Below are positions 52,063-62,062 of a DNA stretch of 64,000 bases, one piece after another (the stretch's first letter is position 1; the number at the start of each line of letters is the position of its first letter). Made by a program: the position numbers and the translations under genes. The DNA comes from Alphaproteobacteria bacterium (lineage in GTDB: Bacteria; Pseudomonadota; Alphaproteobacteria; UBA7887): the NCBI GenBank assembly GCA_965216755.1, contig CBDCGL010000011.1:3104001-3168000 (forward strand), written 5' to 3'. A model generated the notes under the pieces. The model was not told the origin of the DNA and did no database searches. It saw only the letters and a list, made by a program, of their open reading frames with translations.

Positions 52063-53286
52063 ATGAATCTGAACGGCAAGCGGATCCTGTTGATTATCAG
52101 CGGCGGTATCGCCGCTTATAAGACGCTGGATTTGATTCGTCAGCTGCAAAGCCATGGTGCGGCGGTGCGCTGTGTTTTGACCGCCGGCGGCGCGCACTTT
52201 GTGACCCCGCTGTCGCTGGCCGCGCTGACCGGCGACAAGGTTTATTGCGATTTGCTGTCGCTGACCGACGAAAGTGAAATGGGCCATATCCGCTTGTCGC
52301 GCGCGGCGGACCTGCTGGTTGTGGCGCCGGCGACGGCCGATATTTTGGCCAAGATGGCCCACGGCCATGCCGACGATTTGGCCAGCACCGTGTTGTTGGC
52401 GACCGATAAGCCGGTCTTGGTCGCGCCCGCCATGAACAGCCAAATGTGGGCGCATCCGGCGACCCGTCGCAATGTCGCCGCCTTGACCAAAGACGGCATT
52501 CGGTCGGTCGGCCCCATGGCGGGCGATTTGGCCTGCGGCGAGATCGGCCCCGGTCGCATGGCGGAGCCGGCTGAGATCGTGGCCGCAATCGATGCCGCGC
52601 TGCGCGCCGGTGCCGATGGGCCGTTGTCGGGGGCCCGCATATTGGTCACCGGCGGGCCGACCCGTGAACCGATTGATCCCGTTCGCTTTATTGCCAACCG
52701 TTCGTCGGGCAAACAAAGTTTTGCGTTGGCCGGTGCGTTGGCCGCCAGGGGCGCCGAGGTGGTGCTGGTATCCGGCCCGACCGAACTGGCGGACCCGCCC
52801 GGCTTGCGGGTCGAACATGTCGAGACCGCCAACGAAATGCTGGCGGCGTGTCAGGTCGCCTTGCCGGCGGACGTGGCCATCTGTGCCGCCGCGGTCGCCG
52901 ATTGGCGTGTCGCCAAACCGGCCGAGCAGAAGATCAAGCGCGGCGCGCAGAGCAGCCAGACCATTGAACTGGTCGCCAACCCCGACATTCTCAAGACTCT
53001 AAGCGCCGCCGGCCCGGCCCGGCCGACCTTGGTCATCGGGTTTGCCGCGGAAACTGAAAATGTGATCGACAATGCGACGCTTAAACGCGCTGCCAAGGGC
53101 TGCGATTGGATCATCGCCAACGATGTATCGCCGCAGACCGGCGTGTTTGGCGGCGACCACAATAAGGTCTTCCTGATCGATCAAAACGGCGCGGAAGAAT
53201 GGCCGTCGGCGACCAAGGCCGAGATCGCCGCCCGCCTGGCCGACCGCATCGCCGATGCCATTGCAGAACGGGGCCTGGTGGCATGA
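52063..53286 (+). CDS. coaBC: Phosphopantothenoylcysteine decarboxylase/ligase
   Basis: SGGIAAYK, HIRL, APAMN, TGGPTREPIDPVRFIANRSSGKQ, GFAAET. Confidence 0.96.
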   Translation: MNLNGKRILLIISGGIAAYKTLDLIRQLQSHGAAVRCVLTAGGAHFVTPLSLAALTGDKVYCDLLSLTDESEMGHIRLSRAADLLVVAPATADILAKMAHGHADDLASTVLLATDKPVLVAPAMNSQMWAHPATRRNVAALTKDGIRSVGPMAGDLACGEIGPGRMAEPAEIVAAIDAALRAGADGPLSGARILVTGGPTREPIDPVRFIANRSSGKQSFALAGALAARGAEVVLVSGPTELADPPGLRVEHVETANEMLAACQVALPADVAICAAAVADWRVAKPAEQKIKRGAQSSQTIELVANPDILKTLSAAGPARPTLVIGFAAETENVIDNATLKRAAKGCDWIIANDVSPQTGVFGGDHNKVFLIDQNGAEEWPSATKAEIAARLADRIADAIAERGLVA

Positions 53287-53765
53287 CTGTGACCGTCGCG
53301 GTGCATCGCTTGCCCCATGCGGTCGACGGTGCCATGCCGGTCTATGCCAGCGCCCATGCCGCGGGCGCCGACCTGACCGCCGCGGTTGAAACGCCGGTTA
53401 CCGTGGCGCCGGGCGCGCGCGCGATCGTACCAACTGGCATCAGGCTCGCCATACCGCCGGGCTATGAAGGCCAGGTGCGCCCGCGTTCAGGCCTGGCGAT
53501 CAAGCATGGCGTCACGTTGGTCAACAGCCCCGGCACGATTGATGCCGATTATCGCGGCGAAGTCGGCGTGATTGTGATCAATCTGGGCGATACACCGTTT
53601 ACCGTGACGCGCGGCATGCGCATCGCCCAATTGGTGGTGGCGCCCGTGACGCAGGTGACGTGGCGGGCGGTCGACGAACTGCCAGCCAGTGACCGGGGTG
53701 ACGGTGGCTTCGGCTCGACCGGGATTGACACAACGCCCGCGACGGCCGGCAATGGCGACCGTTGA
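53283..53765 (+). CDS. dut: dUTP diphosphatase
   Basis: AGADL, QVRPRSG, GTIDADYRGE, RIAQL, RGDGGFGSTG. Confidence 0.97.
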   Translation: MTVTVAVHRLPHAVDGAMPVYASAHAAGADLTAAVETPVTVAPGARAIVPTGIRLAIPPGYEGQVRPRSGLAIKHGVTLVNSPGTIDADYRGEVGVIVINLGDTPFTVTRGMRIAQLVVAPVTQVTWRAVDELPASDRGDGGFGSTGIDTTPATAGNGDR

Positions 53766-54564
53766 GCAGATGGACTTCAGCGACGCGCAGATTGATCGCT
53801 ATGCCCGCCACATCATCCTGAGCGAGATCGGCGGCACCGGCCAGGCCAAGTTGCTGCGCTCGCGCGTGCTGGTGATCGGCGCCGGCGGGCTCGGCTCGCC
53901 AACTATATTGTATTTGGCCGCCGCCGGTGTCGGCACCCTCGGTGTGGTCGATGACGACACAGTCGATTTATCCAATTTGCAGCGCCAAGTGATGCATGGC
54001 ACCGCCGATATCGGCGTGGCGAAAACAACCAGCGCCCGCAACGCTGTCGCCGCGATCAATCCCGACGTCTCGGTGATCGCCCACGAGCGACGCTTTGCAG
54101 CCGACAATGCCCGTGACCTGATCGCGGACTACGACCTCATCCTTGACGGTTCGGACAATTTCCCGACCCGCTTTCTCGTCAACGATGCGTGTTATTTCGA
54201 AAGCAAGCCGGTTGTGTCCGCCGCTATTCTGCGCTTTGAAGGCCAGGTCGCGACGTTCAAAGCCCATCTTGGTGGCGACAATCCCTGTTATCGCTGTCTG
54301 TTTCCGGCGCCACCTCCGGCCGGTTTGATCCCGTCTTGCGCCGAGGGCGGCGTGCTCGGCGCTTTGGCCGGCGCGGTGGGATCGATCCAAGCGACCGAAG
54401 CGATCAAGGAACTGCTTGGCATCGGCGCAAGCTTGTCCGGCTATCTTTTAATCTACGATGCGTTGAATACGACCTTTCGCAAGGTGCGGGTGCGTCCGGA
54501 TCCGGGATGCGCCTTGTGCGGATCGACACCGTCGATACGCGATCTGTCTGGTCATGCGGCGTGA
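53752..54564 (+). CDS. moeB: MoeB/ThiF E1-like adenylyltransferase (no rhodanese domain)
   Basis: RYARHI, GAGGLG, SNLQRQ, DGSDNF, PCYRC, SCAEGG, CALC. Confidence 0.88.
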   Translation: MATVEQMDFSDAQIDRYARHIILSEIGGTGQAKLLRSRVLVIGAGGLGSPTILYLAAAGVGTLGVVDDDTVDLSNLQRQVMHGTADIGVAKTTSARNAVAAINPDVSVIAHERRFAADNARDLIADYDLILDGSDNFPTRFLVNDACYFESKPVVSAAILRFEGQVATFKAHLGGDNPCYRCLFPAPPPAGLIPSCAEGGVLGALAGAVGSIQATEAIKELLGIGASLSGYLLIYDALNTTFRKVRVRPDPGCALCGSTPSIRDLSGHAA

Positions 54565-54566
54565 AC

Positions 54567-54983
54567 ATGGCGCTGGGCAAGCTTTCGATCATTGTCTTTT
54601 CGGGCCGTTTCGACCGGGTTCATTTCGCCCTAACCACGGCCGCCGCTGCCGCCGCCATCGATCGCCCCGTCACCTTGTTTTTCACCATGGCCGCGCTGCG
54701 CGGTCTGGCCGACGGCGGCAACGGGACCGCGCCCGGCTGGCACGGACTGGAGGGGACGCCGGCCGCGGACGATGCACAGTTCAAGGCGCGCGGTGTCGCG
54801 GATTTTGAAACCTTGCTCGACTCCTGTGTCGCCCTGGACGTGACCTTCATGGCCTGCGAAATGGGACTCCGCGCCATCGCCATGACCGCGAATCAATTGC
54901 GCGGCGACGTGCCGGTCAAAGTGACCGGATTGGTCACGTTCCTGACCGACTGCGAGGCGGCCGGCCAGACGCTGTTTATTTAG
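54567..54983 (+). CDS. DsrE/DsrF/DrsH-like protein
   Basis: LSIIVFSG.FDRV, AAA..VTLFFT, FMACEMG, GLVTFL..TLFI. Confidence 0.8.
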   Translation: MALGKLSIIVFSGRFDRVHFALTTAAAAAAIDRPVTLFFTMAALRGLADGGNGTAPGWHGLEGTPAADDAQFKARGVADFETLLDSCVALDVTFMACEMGLRAIAMTANQLRGDVPVKVTGLVTFLTDCEAAGQTLFI

Positions 54984-55992
54984 GAACTTGTGGGTACGCG
55001 CCGCGAAACAGCGTGATCCGTTCGTCGAGACCGGGGTGGCTCGACAACCAGCCGCTGTCGCCGCACGCATCGCCGCATTCGTCTTTCAATTGATCGAGCA
55101 GGCCGGCGAAGGCGCGCGGATCGGCGCCGTGGCGACGCATCAGTTCGAACGCCCGCTGATCCGCCTCGCGCTCAAACTGGCGCGAATAGGCACGGCTGGC
55201 GACCAGCGCGATGACTTCTTCGGCCAAGGATTCGGTCTCGCCAAACAATGTGCCCAACACCACCAACCAGCCGGCGGCCCGCATGACTTGACGCAACCCG
55301 TGCCGTGCTTCGACATGGGCAAATTCGTGGGCCAAGACGCCAAACATGGCGTCGTTGTCGGTGATCAGCATGACCAACGCGTCGGTCATCACGACAGGTC
55401 CGCCCGGCAAGGCGATGGCGTTCGGACCAAGCGCCGGCGCCTGGCGGAATTCCAACATCATCTCCCCCTTGGCGCCGGCTGACTCGGTGACATCAGCGAA
55501 CACCGCGCGTGCGCGTTGTTGGCGCCGCGCGGGAAGAGCCGTCGCGTCAAACAGGATACGATCAAGGCTGCGCAGCGTGCTGCTGCCGAGGCCTTGCTCG
55601 ATGCGCGCGGGCACAATCCGGGCGACGCCATCCGCCATCACAGGCAGCAAAAAGCGCAGTGATAGCGCCGACAGCACGAACAGCGCAATGACGACGGCAA
55701 TCCAGCCCGGCCGCAAACGCTCCCAGCGGCTGACGTCGAGCCGGCGGCCGGCGCCAGCTTCGGACAGCAAACGATTGAGGCCGTCATTATCCGCGGTGAC
55801 AAAGACCCGGCCATCGTCCAATGTCACGCGGCGCGGCACGTCTGCCAGTCGATCCGACACGGTGGCGCGCGCCAAATCAACGGTCTGCGCCGCCATATCG
55901 TCGTCCAAATAGACGGCGCCGTCGGCAAATCGCAGCCGTGCCGGGCGCGACGACGACGCGCCCGCGGCGAATAGCTCACCAACAACGATCAT
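54976..55992 (-). CDS. M48-family zinc metallopeptidase
   Basis: PNAIALPGG, GVLAHEFAH, YSRQFEREAD, WLSSHP...RI. Confidence 0.92.
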   Translation of the reverse strand: MIVVGELFAAGASSSRPARLRFADGAVYLDDDMAAQTVDLARATVSDRLADVPRRVTLDDGRVFVTADNDGLNRLLSEAGAGRRLDVSRWERLRPGWIAVVIALFVLSALSLRFLLPVMADGVARIVPARIEQGLGSSTLRSLDRILFDATALPARRQQRARAVFADVTESAGAKGEMMLEFRQAPALGPNAIALPGGPVVMTDALVMLITDNDAMFGVLAHEFAHVEARHGLRQVMRAAGWLVVLGTLFGETESLAEEVIALVASRAYSRQFEREADQRAFELMRRHGADPRAFAGLLDQLKDECGDACGDSGWLSSHPGLDERITLFRGAYPQVPK

Positions 55993-57092
55993 AGACCGAT
56001 GTCCAAACCCTCTATATCGGCATATTCCTGACCAAACGCTGTCCCGCCCTGGCGCTGATCATCGACAAATTGATCAAGCGGCCCGCCCGGCGTGGCCGCC
56101 AGGCAATCGACTTGATAGCGCCACAGGCGGACCGCGGCCCATGGTGCCAGCAGTCCAAGCGAGACGACAATCGCGACCAAATTGGTCAAAACGATCCACG
56201 CATAGCGTGTCCCGGACAGAGTCGATTGGAATCGATGCCCGCCGGTCAGGGTCAGGCCATTGACGATAATATTGCGCGCCAAGGCCGCATAAAAGCCGCG
56301 CGCCAAGATCGCGGCTACCAAGAAACCGCCGACCGCACTGCTGCTGACAACCGCCTCAAAGGTGTCGGCGGCATCCAAGTCGTCGATCTCAAATTGACTG
56401 AAGACGGTATAGATCAACCCGCCCAGCACCAAACCGATAAGAGCGAAAACACCGATGCTCTTGAGCACGGCGACATAGAACGCGCCGACCAGCGCCTGGG
56501 CCGAGAACTGCGCCGTCCCGAAGCGATAGTGACGGGCAATGTAAAGGCGCGCCGCGGCCGACGCGGCCGGCATCAACAGCCCGAACGACACAACACCGAC
56601 CAGCGGCCAAATCAAAAAAGCTTTTACCGATTGCAGATAGGTGCCGGTCCAGGCAAACCGCACATTGCGCCACACGGTCATGTGGGCGCGAAAGCGTAGC
56701 GACTGATTGATCACCCAGGGATAAAGCGGAACCAAGCCGATCGCGACAGCAATTTGTAGATTCGTCTCGACGAATTGCAAACCGCTATAGATCGCCAATA
56801 CGGCAAAGACAATCAAACGCCCCTTCAGGAGCATCCAGCCGGTGGCCAGGTAATCGAAATGGTCGCCAGCCAATGAGGTCGTGCCGTAGAAATAACGGAT
56901 CCGGCGCACCTTTGCCCACGCCGACCAAACGCCGAGCGTGACCAGGGTGAGTAAGAGATTGATAATCCAAATGCCGAAATATTCTTTGGTGCTGCCGGTA
57001 AAAGCAAAATCGAGTCCGGCTTCGGGCGCCGCGGCGTCCGCTGATTGAGCCGGCGCAGCGGCTGCCACTGTCGGGGTTTCGGCCACGGGCAC
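55989..57092 (-). CDS. YjgN/DUF898 inner membrane protein
   Basis: FTGS..EYFGIWIINLLLT.VTLG.WSAWAKVR..RYFY; typically paired with an M48 peptidase. Confidence 0.92.
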   Translation of the reverse strand: MPVAETPTVAAAAPAQSADAAAPEAGLDFAFTGSTKEYFGIWIINLLLTLVTLGVWSAWAKVRRIRYFYGTTSLAGDHFDYLATGWMLLKGRLIVFAVLAIYSGLQFVETNLQIAVAIGLVPLYPWVINQSLRFRAHMTVWRNVRFAWTGTYLQSVKAFLIWPLVGVVSFGLLMPAASAAARLYIARHYRFGTAQFSAQALVGAFYVAVLKSIGVFALIGLVLGGLIYTVFSQFEIDDLDAADTFEAVVSSSAVGGFLVAAILARGFYAALARNIIVNGLTLTGGHRFQSTLSGTRYAWIVLTNLVAIVVSLGLLAPWAAVRLWRYQVDCLAATPGGPLDQFVDDQRQGGTAFGQEYADIEGLDIGL

Positions 57093-57232
57093 TCCCTTTA
57101 ATGAGTCGCGGTCAGTGGCGTTTTGAAGTTTTTCGGCGCAAACGCAGCCTGCGCCGGAAATGTGCCAGGCGTATAATATCCTATGAAAGTTCTAAGCAGG
57201 ATCGGCGGGCGCGTCAAGCGACTGTGATCAAA

Positions 57233-58234
57233 CTACATCAAAGTTTCGATGACCCGATCTGGCGGTGTGTGACCATCGACAAAGGTCTTGATGTTGATCA
57301 GCACCTTTTCGCCCATATCGATGCGGCCCTCGATGGTTGCCGAGCCCATATGTGGCAGCAATACGACATTTTCTAACGCCAGCAATCGGCGATCGATGGC
57401 TGGCTCATGTTCGAACACATCCAAGCCGGCGCCCGCGATCTTGGCATCTTTGAGCAAATTGACCATCGCCTCTTCATCGATCACTTCACCGCGCGATGTA
57501 TTGACGATGTAGGCATGCGGCTGCAACAGCGCCAAGCGCCGTGCCGACAACAAGTGATAGGTTGCCGGCGTATGCGGACAATTGACCGAGACGATATCGA
57601 CCCGCGCCAACATTTGATCAAGGCTCTGCCAATAGGTCGCTTCCAGCTCTTGCTCGACCGCCTCGGGCACACGATTGCGATTGTGATAATGAACCGAAAG
57701 TCCGAACCCGGCGGCGCGCCGCGCCACCGCCGACCCGATGCGGCCCATACCGATAATACCCAGCCGCTTGCCCCAGATCCGCCGACCGAGCATCGATGTC
57801 GGCCCCCAACCCGCCCAATTGCCTGTACGCACCAGGCGCTCGCCCTCGGCCAGCCGCCGCGGCACCGCCAAAATCAAGGCCATGGTCATATCAGCCGTGT
57901 CTTCGGTCAGGACGCCCGGCGTATTGGTAACCGTGATGCCACGTGTGCGTGCGGCGGCGATATCGATATGGTCGACGCCGGCGCCGAAACTGGCGATTAA
58001 TTTCAGCCGCGCGCCGGCCTGCTCGAGCATGGCTTCGTCGATGCGATCGGTTACTGTCGGCACCAACACATCGCATTCCTGCATCACCCCGACCAATTCC
58101 TCGCGCGACAAAGGCTGATCCACATCGTTGAGCCGCGTGTCGAACAGCTCCATCATCCGGGTCTCGATGACCTCGGGCAGTTTGCGCGTCACCACAACCT
58201 GTGGCTTCGTGCGCGCGGATTTCGGACGCGCCAT
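57233..58234 (-). CDS. D-glycerate dehydrogenase / glyoxylate reductase
   Basis: NTPGVLTEDTAD, GMGRIG, NTSRG, GLDVFEHEP, PHMGSAT. Confidence 0.94.
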   Translation of the reverse strand: MARPKSARTKPQVVVTRKLPEVIETRMMELFDTRLNDVDQPLSREELVGVMQECDVLVPTVTDRIDEAMLEQAGARLKLIASFGAGVDHIDIAAARTRGITVTNTPGVLTEDTADMTMALILAVPRRLAEGERLVRTGNWAGWGPTSMLGRRIWGKRLGIIGMGRIGSAVARRAAGFGLSVHYHNRNRVPEAVEQELEATYWQSLDQMLARVDIVSVNCPHTPATYHLLSARRLALLQPHAYIVNTSRGEVIDEEAMVNLLKDAKIAGAGLDVFEHEPAIDRRLLALENVVLLPHMGSATIEGRIDMGEKVLINIKTFVDGHTPPDRVIETLM

Positions 58235-58406
58235 GTGTCGGAGTTCCCAAATAAGGGGCGAGCCACCTTCTTTAACAAAACTGCGGCGTCCAGACAAACC
58301 CGCTCACCATCCGCTCGCACCTGGCGGGCGGCATCGATATACTGACTCCGCTGTAATCGGGCTCGGGCCCCGTACCGCTTTCTTGTGGATGCGTCGACAG
58401 ACATTG

Positions 58407-58889
58407 ATGGTTCGACAGATAGTCGTTGCGGCCGTGATGGTCGGCTTCGTGGCGGCCTCTATGGCTTTGGCCGAAACCGGCCTGCCGGTGCCGCGATTCG
58501 TAAGTTTGGGCGAATCCGAAGTGAATGTACGGGCGGGCCCGGGTTTTCGCTACCCAGTGTCGTGGGTGTTCGTGCGCGACGGCATGCCGGTCGAAGTGAT
58601 CGAGGAATTTGAACATTGGCGGCGTGTACGCGACATGGACGGCAGCGAAGGCTGGGTCCACCATTCGATGCTGTCAGGCCGCCGGCACGTCATTATCACC
58701 GGCACGACGCAAACCTTGCGCGATGCCCCAGCCGACCAGGCCATGCCCGTGGCGCGCGCCGAAGTCGGGGTACAAGGCAGCCTATTGCGCTGCGAAGGTG
58801 TGTGGTGCGAAGTGCGTGTCGCCGGCCATGAAGGCTGGGTGCCGCAAGCCAATCTGTGGGGCGTCTACCACGACGAGGTCGTCGAATAA
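58407..58889 (+). CDS. Tandem bacterial SH3-domain secreted protein
   Basis: Signal peptide; TGLPVPRFVSL, NVRAGPG..YP, WRRVRD..G.EGWVH, GWV...LWG. Confidence 0.9.
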   Translation: MVRQIVVAAVMVGFVAASMALAETGLPVPRFVSLGESEVNVRAGPGFRYPVSWVFVRDGMPVEVIEEFEHWRRVRDMDGSEGWVHHSMLSGRRHVIITGTTQTLRDAPADQAMPVARAEVGVQGSLLRCEGVWCEVRVAGHEGWVPQANLWGVYHDEVVE

Positions 58890-58901
58890 GTGGCGTTCCG
58901 T

Positions 58902-59492
58902 TCAATCGTCAAAATCAGCAGCCAACGCCTGTTGTATGGCTTCCGGCAAGATCGCCATATGGCCGTATTTCTCATGACCAATCGCAAGCATGACCTGAAC
59001 CGACCGATCGCGCATTTTCTTGACTTGCGCCGCGGTAAACGGGAATCGTAGAAAATGCACCGCCGACGCCTTGCCGTCGGCGGTGGTGCGGTCCACGTCG
59101 GTTTCATAAAGGGCTTTTACCGCCTCGTCGCCGACGCGCATCGAAACGGTTTCTTCAACGCCGCCTAATTGTGCGAGCATCGCCCGGCGTCGGGTTTCGT
59201 CGGCAATTTCGAACATCAATGTGGCCACCAGCTCACGCCCGTTGGGAATCAACGGGTTGTACGCTTCAAGCTCGCCGGCAATTTGCTCTTCACCGCCTTG
59301 TTCAATGAACAACATTTCGTGCACCTGCATCCACATGGTGTCGAAATTCTCGAAATAGAATGTTGCGTAAGGCCCCACTTCAATTCGTCGATCGCGCTTG
59401 ATTTCCGTCAGCGCCTTGCGGCGTGCGTGGCGGACCTTGGCATACTCGGCCATGGGCAAAATATCGGCGGCAGTGAGTGCGTGTTTGGTCAT
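58902..59492 (-). CDS. DUF3501 family protein
   Basis: RRIEVGP..FEN..T..QVHEML.IE, AYNPLIP, ATLMFEI, GKASAVHFL. Confidence 0.9.
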   Translation of the reverse strand: MTKHALTAADILPMAEYAKVRHARRKALTEIKRDRRIEVGPYATFYFENFDTMWMQVHEMLFIEQGGEEQIAGELEAYNPLIPNGRELVATLMFEIADETRRRAMLAQLGGVEETVSMRVGDEAVKALYETDVDRTTADGKASAVHFLRFPFTAAQVKKMRDRSVQVMLAIGHEKYGHMAILPEAIQQALAADFDD

Positions 59493-59527
59493 CGAACGGC
59501 CTCTCCTGGCTTGTCTGGCCGCGGCAA

Positions 59528-60913
59528 TCAGATCAGGCCGTAGGCCTGGGCAAAAAGCTCGATCGGATGGTGGCTGGCGCGCGGCAACGCCGGCGCCGCG
59601 GCGTCTTGACCGCTGGCGAGCCTTTCCATGCCTTGGATCAAGTGAACACCGGCCAACGGGCATTCGGACGCGACAAAGGTCGGCCCGGCTTTGGACGCCT
59701 GACGCGCCGCCGGTCGACCAACTTTCAAGGCGACCTCAAAAAACGCGCGTTTGATGCCCCACGACCCACCATGGCCCGAACACCGCTCGATCACGGTCAG
59801 ATCGACATCTGGAATCAATTTCAACATTTCCACGGCTTTCGGACCCATATTCTGCGCCCGCGCGTGGCACGCGAGATGGGCGGCGATGACACCGTCCAGT
59901 GGCTTCAGCCCGTCGGCGAGACCTTCGTTCTGGGCGATGTCGACGACATATTCCGTGATGTCGGCGGTGTGTTCGCTGAGCCGACGTACCGCCGGGTCGT
60001 CGGGCAAAATCATTGGCCATTCGAATTTCAGCATCAAGGCACAGCTGGGCACCGGCGCAACGATGCGGTAGCCCTGGTCGATGTATGGCGCCATTGTCGC
60101 GGCGACGCGGCGCGCCCGATCGGCAACATCGTCAAAGGCCGCATGCTCAAGCTGCGGCATCCCACAACAACCAGGATAAACGACCTCTGTCGCGACGCCA
60201 TTGTGGGCCAGAACCGCGTGCGCCGCGCGGCCAATGTCGGGGTTGTTGTAATTGACGAAACACGTCGCATAGAGCACCGCCTTGCGGCCATGGGCCGGCG
60301 CCTGCGCATTGATCGCAGGCGGCTGGTTTTTGGCGGTCATGACAAACGTCCGCCGATGAAACTCCGGCAAGGCCGCGTCGCGATGAATTCCGGCGATCGT
60401 TTCCATTACCGGGCGCGTCAGGCGATTGCCGGTATCACTTGCCCAATTGACCAACGACGCCACGGGGGCGGCCAGGCGACCGTTGCGATCCGTGGCGGTC
60501 AATTGCCGATCGGCGAAGCCGACTTTGCCCTCGGCGCGTTGTTTTGCACGGTAGCGCAGCACAAGGTGTGGAAAATCGATATTGAATTCATGCGGTGGCA
60601 CGTAAGGACAGCTGACCATGAAACACATGTCGCACAGGGTGCAGGCATCCATCACTGGCGCAAAGCCGGCGCTGTCGACCGTGTCGAGCTCGCCACTTTC
60701 CGACTCGTCGATCAGGTCGAAGCCACTTTCCGACTCGTCGATCAGGTCGAACAAGCGTGGAAAACTGTCGCATAGATTGAAACAGCGCCGACAGCCATGG
60801 CAGATATCGAACACCCGCCGGACTTCGGCGTCCAGCTTTTCGGCATCCAAATAGTCCGGCCGATCAAATCCGTGCGGATGGCGCGTTGGTGCCTTTAGGC
60901 CGCCTTCGGCCAT
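59528..60913 (-). CDS. Rubrerythrin-associated Fe-S oxidoreductase (GlpC/HdrD-like, CCG domains)
   Basis: CHGCRRCFNLC, CTLCDMC...CPY, CCGMP, HLACH, RCSGHGG, SECPLA. Confidence 0.9.
   Translation of the reverse strand: MAEGGLKAPTRHPHGFDRPDYLDAEKLDAEVRRVFDICHGCRRCFNLCDSFPRLFDLIDESESGFDLIDESESGELDTVDSAGFAPVMDACTLCDMCFMVSCPYVPPHEFNIDFPHLVLRYRAKQRAEGKVGFADRQLTATDRNGRLAAPVASLVNWASDTGNRLTRPVMETIAGIHRDAALPEFHRRTFVMTAKNQPPAINAQAPAHGRKAVLYATCFVNYNNPDIGRAAHAVLAHNGVATEVVYPGCCGMPQLEHAAFDDVADRARRVAATMAPYIDQGYRIVAPVPSCALMLKFEWPMILPDDPAVRRLSEHTADITEYVVDIAQNEGLADGLKPLDGVIAAHLACHARAQNMGPKAVEMLKLIPDVDLTVIERCSGHGGSWGIKRAFFEVALKVGRPAARQASKAGPTFVASECPLAGVHLIQGMERLASGQDAAAPALPRASHHPIELFAQAYGLI
60692..60751. repeat. 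Exact 30-bp tandem duplication (in frame)
   Basis: GCCACTTTCCGACTCGTCGATCAGGTCGAA twice (60692-60721 and 60722-60751), encoding FDLIDESESG twice. Confidence 0.97.
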
Positions 60914-61052
60914 GAATTATCACTCCCATCGTGTCGTGCAGGTGCGCCGGGCGGCTTGCGCGGTGGGTGCCTTGGCTCCATGACCGCCCTGCGCCAGCCC
61001 CCGTGATACCGCCTGATAGCGCGGGGGCTGGGTCTCATCCAAGGCGTCGCGC

Positions 61053-61469
61053 TCAGTCCAGCGTGTCGAGTGACTTCTGGAAGCGTCCGGCGTGGGACTT
61101 CTCCGCCTTGGCCAAGGTCTCGAACCAATCGGCGATCTCGTCGAAGCCTTCGTCGCGCGCGGTCCGCGCCATGCCCGGATACATGTCAGTGTATTCGTGG
61201 GTTTCGCCGGCAATCGCCGCCTTCAGATTTGAAGCCGTGTCCCCGATCGGCACACCTGTGGCCGGATCGCCGGTTTCACTGAGATATTCCAGATGCCCGA
61301 ATGCGTGGCCGGTCTCGCCCTCGGCGGTGGACCGGAATACCGCCGCGACATCGTTAAAACCTTCGACGTCGGCCTTTTGTGCGAAAAACAAGTAGCGTCG
61401 ATTGGCCTGGGATTCCCCGGCAAACGCGTCTTTGAGATTTTGTTCCGTCTTGGACCCTGCAAGCGCCAT
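61053..61469 (-). CDS. rbr: Short (rubredoxin-less) rubrerythrin
   Basis: [41 protein letters not shown]. Confidence 0.95.
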   Translation of the reverse strand: MALAGSKTEQNLKDAFAGESQANRRYLFFAQKADVEGFNDVAAVFRSTAEGETGHAFGHLEYLSETGDPATGVPIGDTASNLKAAIAGETHEYTDMYPGMARTARDEGFDEIADWFETLAKAEKSHAGRFQKSLDTLD

Positions 61470-61571
61470 GACCTAGACCCTCTCCATTTATCCGTCAAAT
61501 CGTCAGTGTCGTGATGTATTGGCGGCATCCGACCCCGGGCCGCCCGGCAACGGTCTGTCGCCGCCATGCGA

Positions 61572-61600
61572 TATATGCACGGCATGGCAATTGCCGTCAA
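61572..61600 (-). promoter_or_regulatory. Putative sigma70 promoter of rbr
   Basis: TTGACG-N17-CATATA on the minus strand. Confidence 0.5.
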
Positions 61601-61601
61601 T

Positions 61602-61622
61602 AGTTTAGAACTATTCTAAACT
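61602..61622. promoter_or_regulatory. Iron control element (ICE, Irr-binding site)
   Basis: AGTTTAGAA-cta-TTCTAAACT, a perfect 9-3-9 palindrome matching TTTAGAA-N3-TTCTAAA. Confidence 0.9.
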
Positions 61623-61630
61623 GATTTTTT

Positions 61631-62062
61631 TCAGAGATCTTTGGATCGCAGGCGAACGATGACGTCGACTTGTGCAATTTCGGCGTCCGCGGGCGGCTGG
61701 GGCAAGCTGAGAATTTCCATGGAATCGTCCGGGATATCCATCAGTTGCGCCGAGGTCTCGTCATAGAAATGGTGATGGTGGCGCACATTCGTGTCGAAAT
61801 AGCAGCGCCCGGCTTCGACCACCAATTCGCGCAGCAATCCAGCCTCGGTGAACTGATGCAGCGTGTTGTAGACCGTTGCCAGCGATACGTGAACGCTGTC
61901 GGCCATCGCCTCGCCATGGAGCTGTTCCGCGGTCACGTGGCGGTTGCCCTGGCCGAACAACAGCCGCGCCAGCGCCCGGCGCTGTCGGGTTGGGCGCAAA
62001 CCCGCCGATTTCAGCATCTCGACGATGGAGAAGTCGCGATCCGGCACTGGACGCATCACCAT
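61631..62062 (-). CDS. irr: Iron response regulator Irr (Fur family)
   Basis: GLRPTRQR..LARLLF..G.RHVTAE.LH.EA, VSLATVYNTLHQFTEAGLL, YFDTN..HHHHF. Confidence 0.88.
   Translation of the reverse strand: MVMRPVPDRDFSIVEMLKSAGLRPTRQRRALARLLFGQGNRHVTAEQLHGEAMADSVHVSLATVYNTLHQFTEAGLLRELVVEAGRCYFDTNVRHHHHFYDETSAQLMDIPDDSMEILSLPQPPADAEIAQVDVIVRLRSKDL

Noticed and set aside
57128-57160. Hairpin TTTCGGCGCA...TGCGCCGGAAA as an intrinsic terminator
   Set aside because: There is no U-tract after the stem on the transcribed (minus) strand, so support is insufficient.
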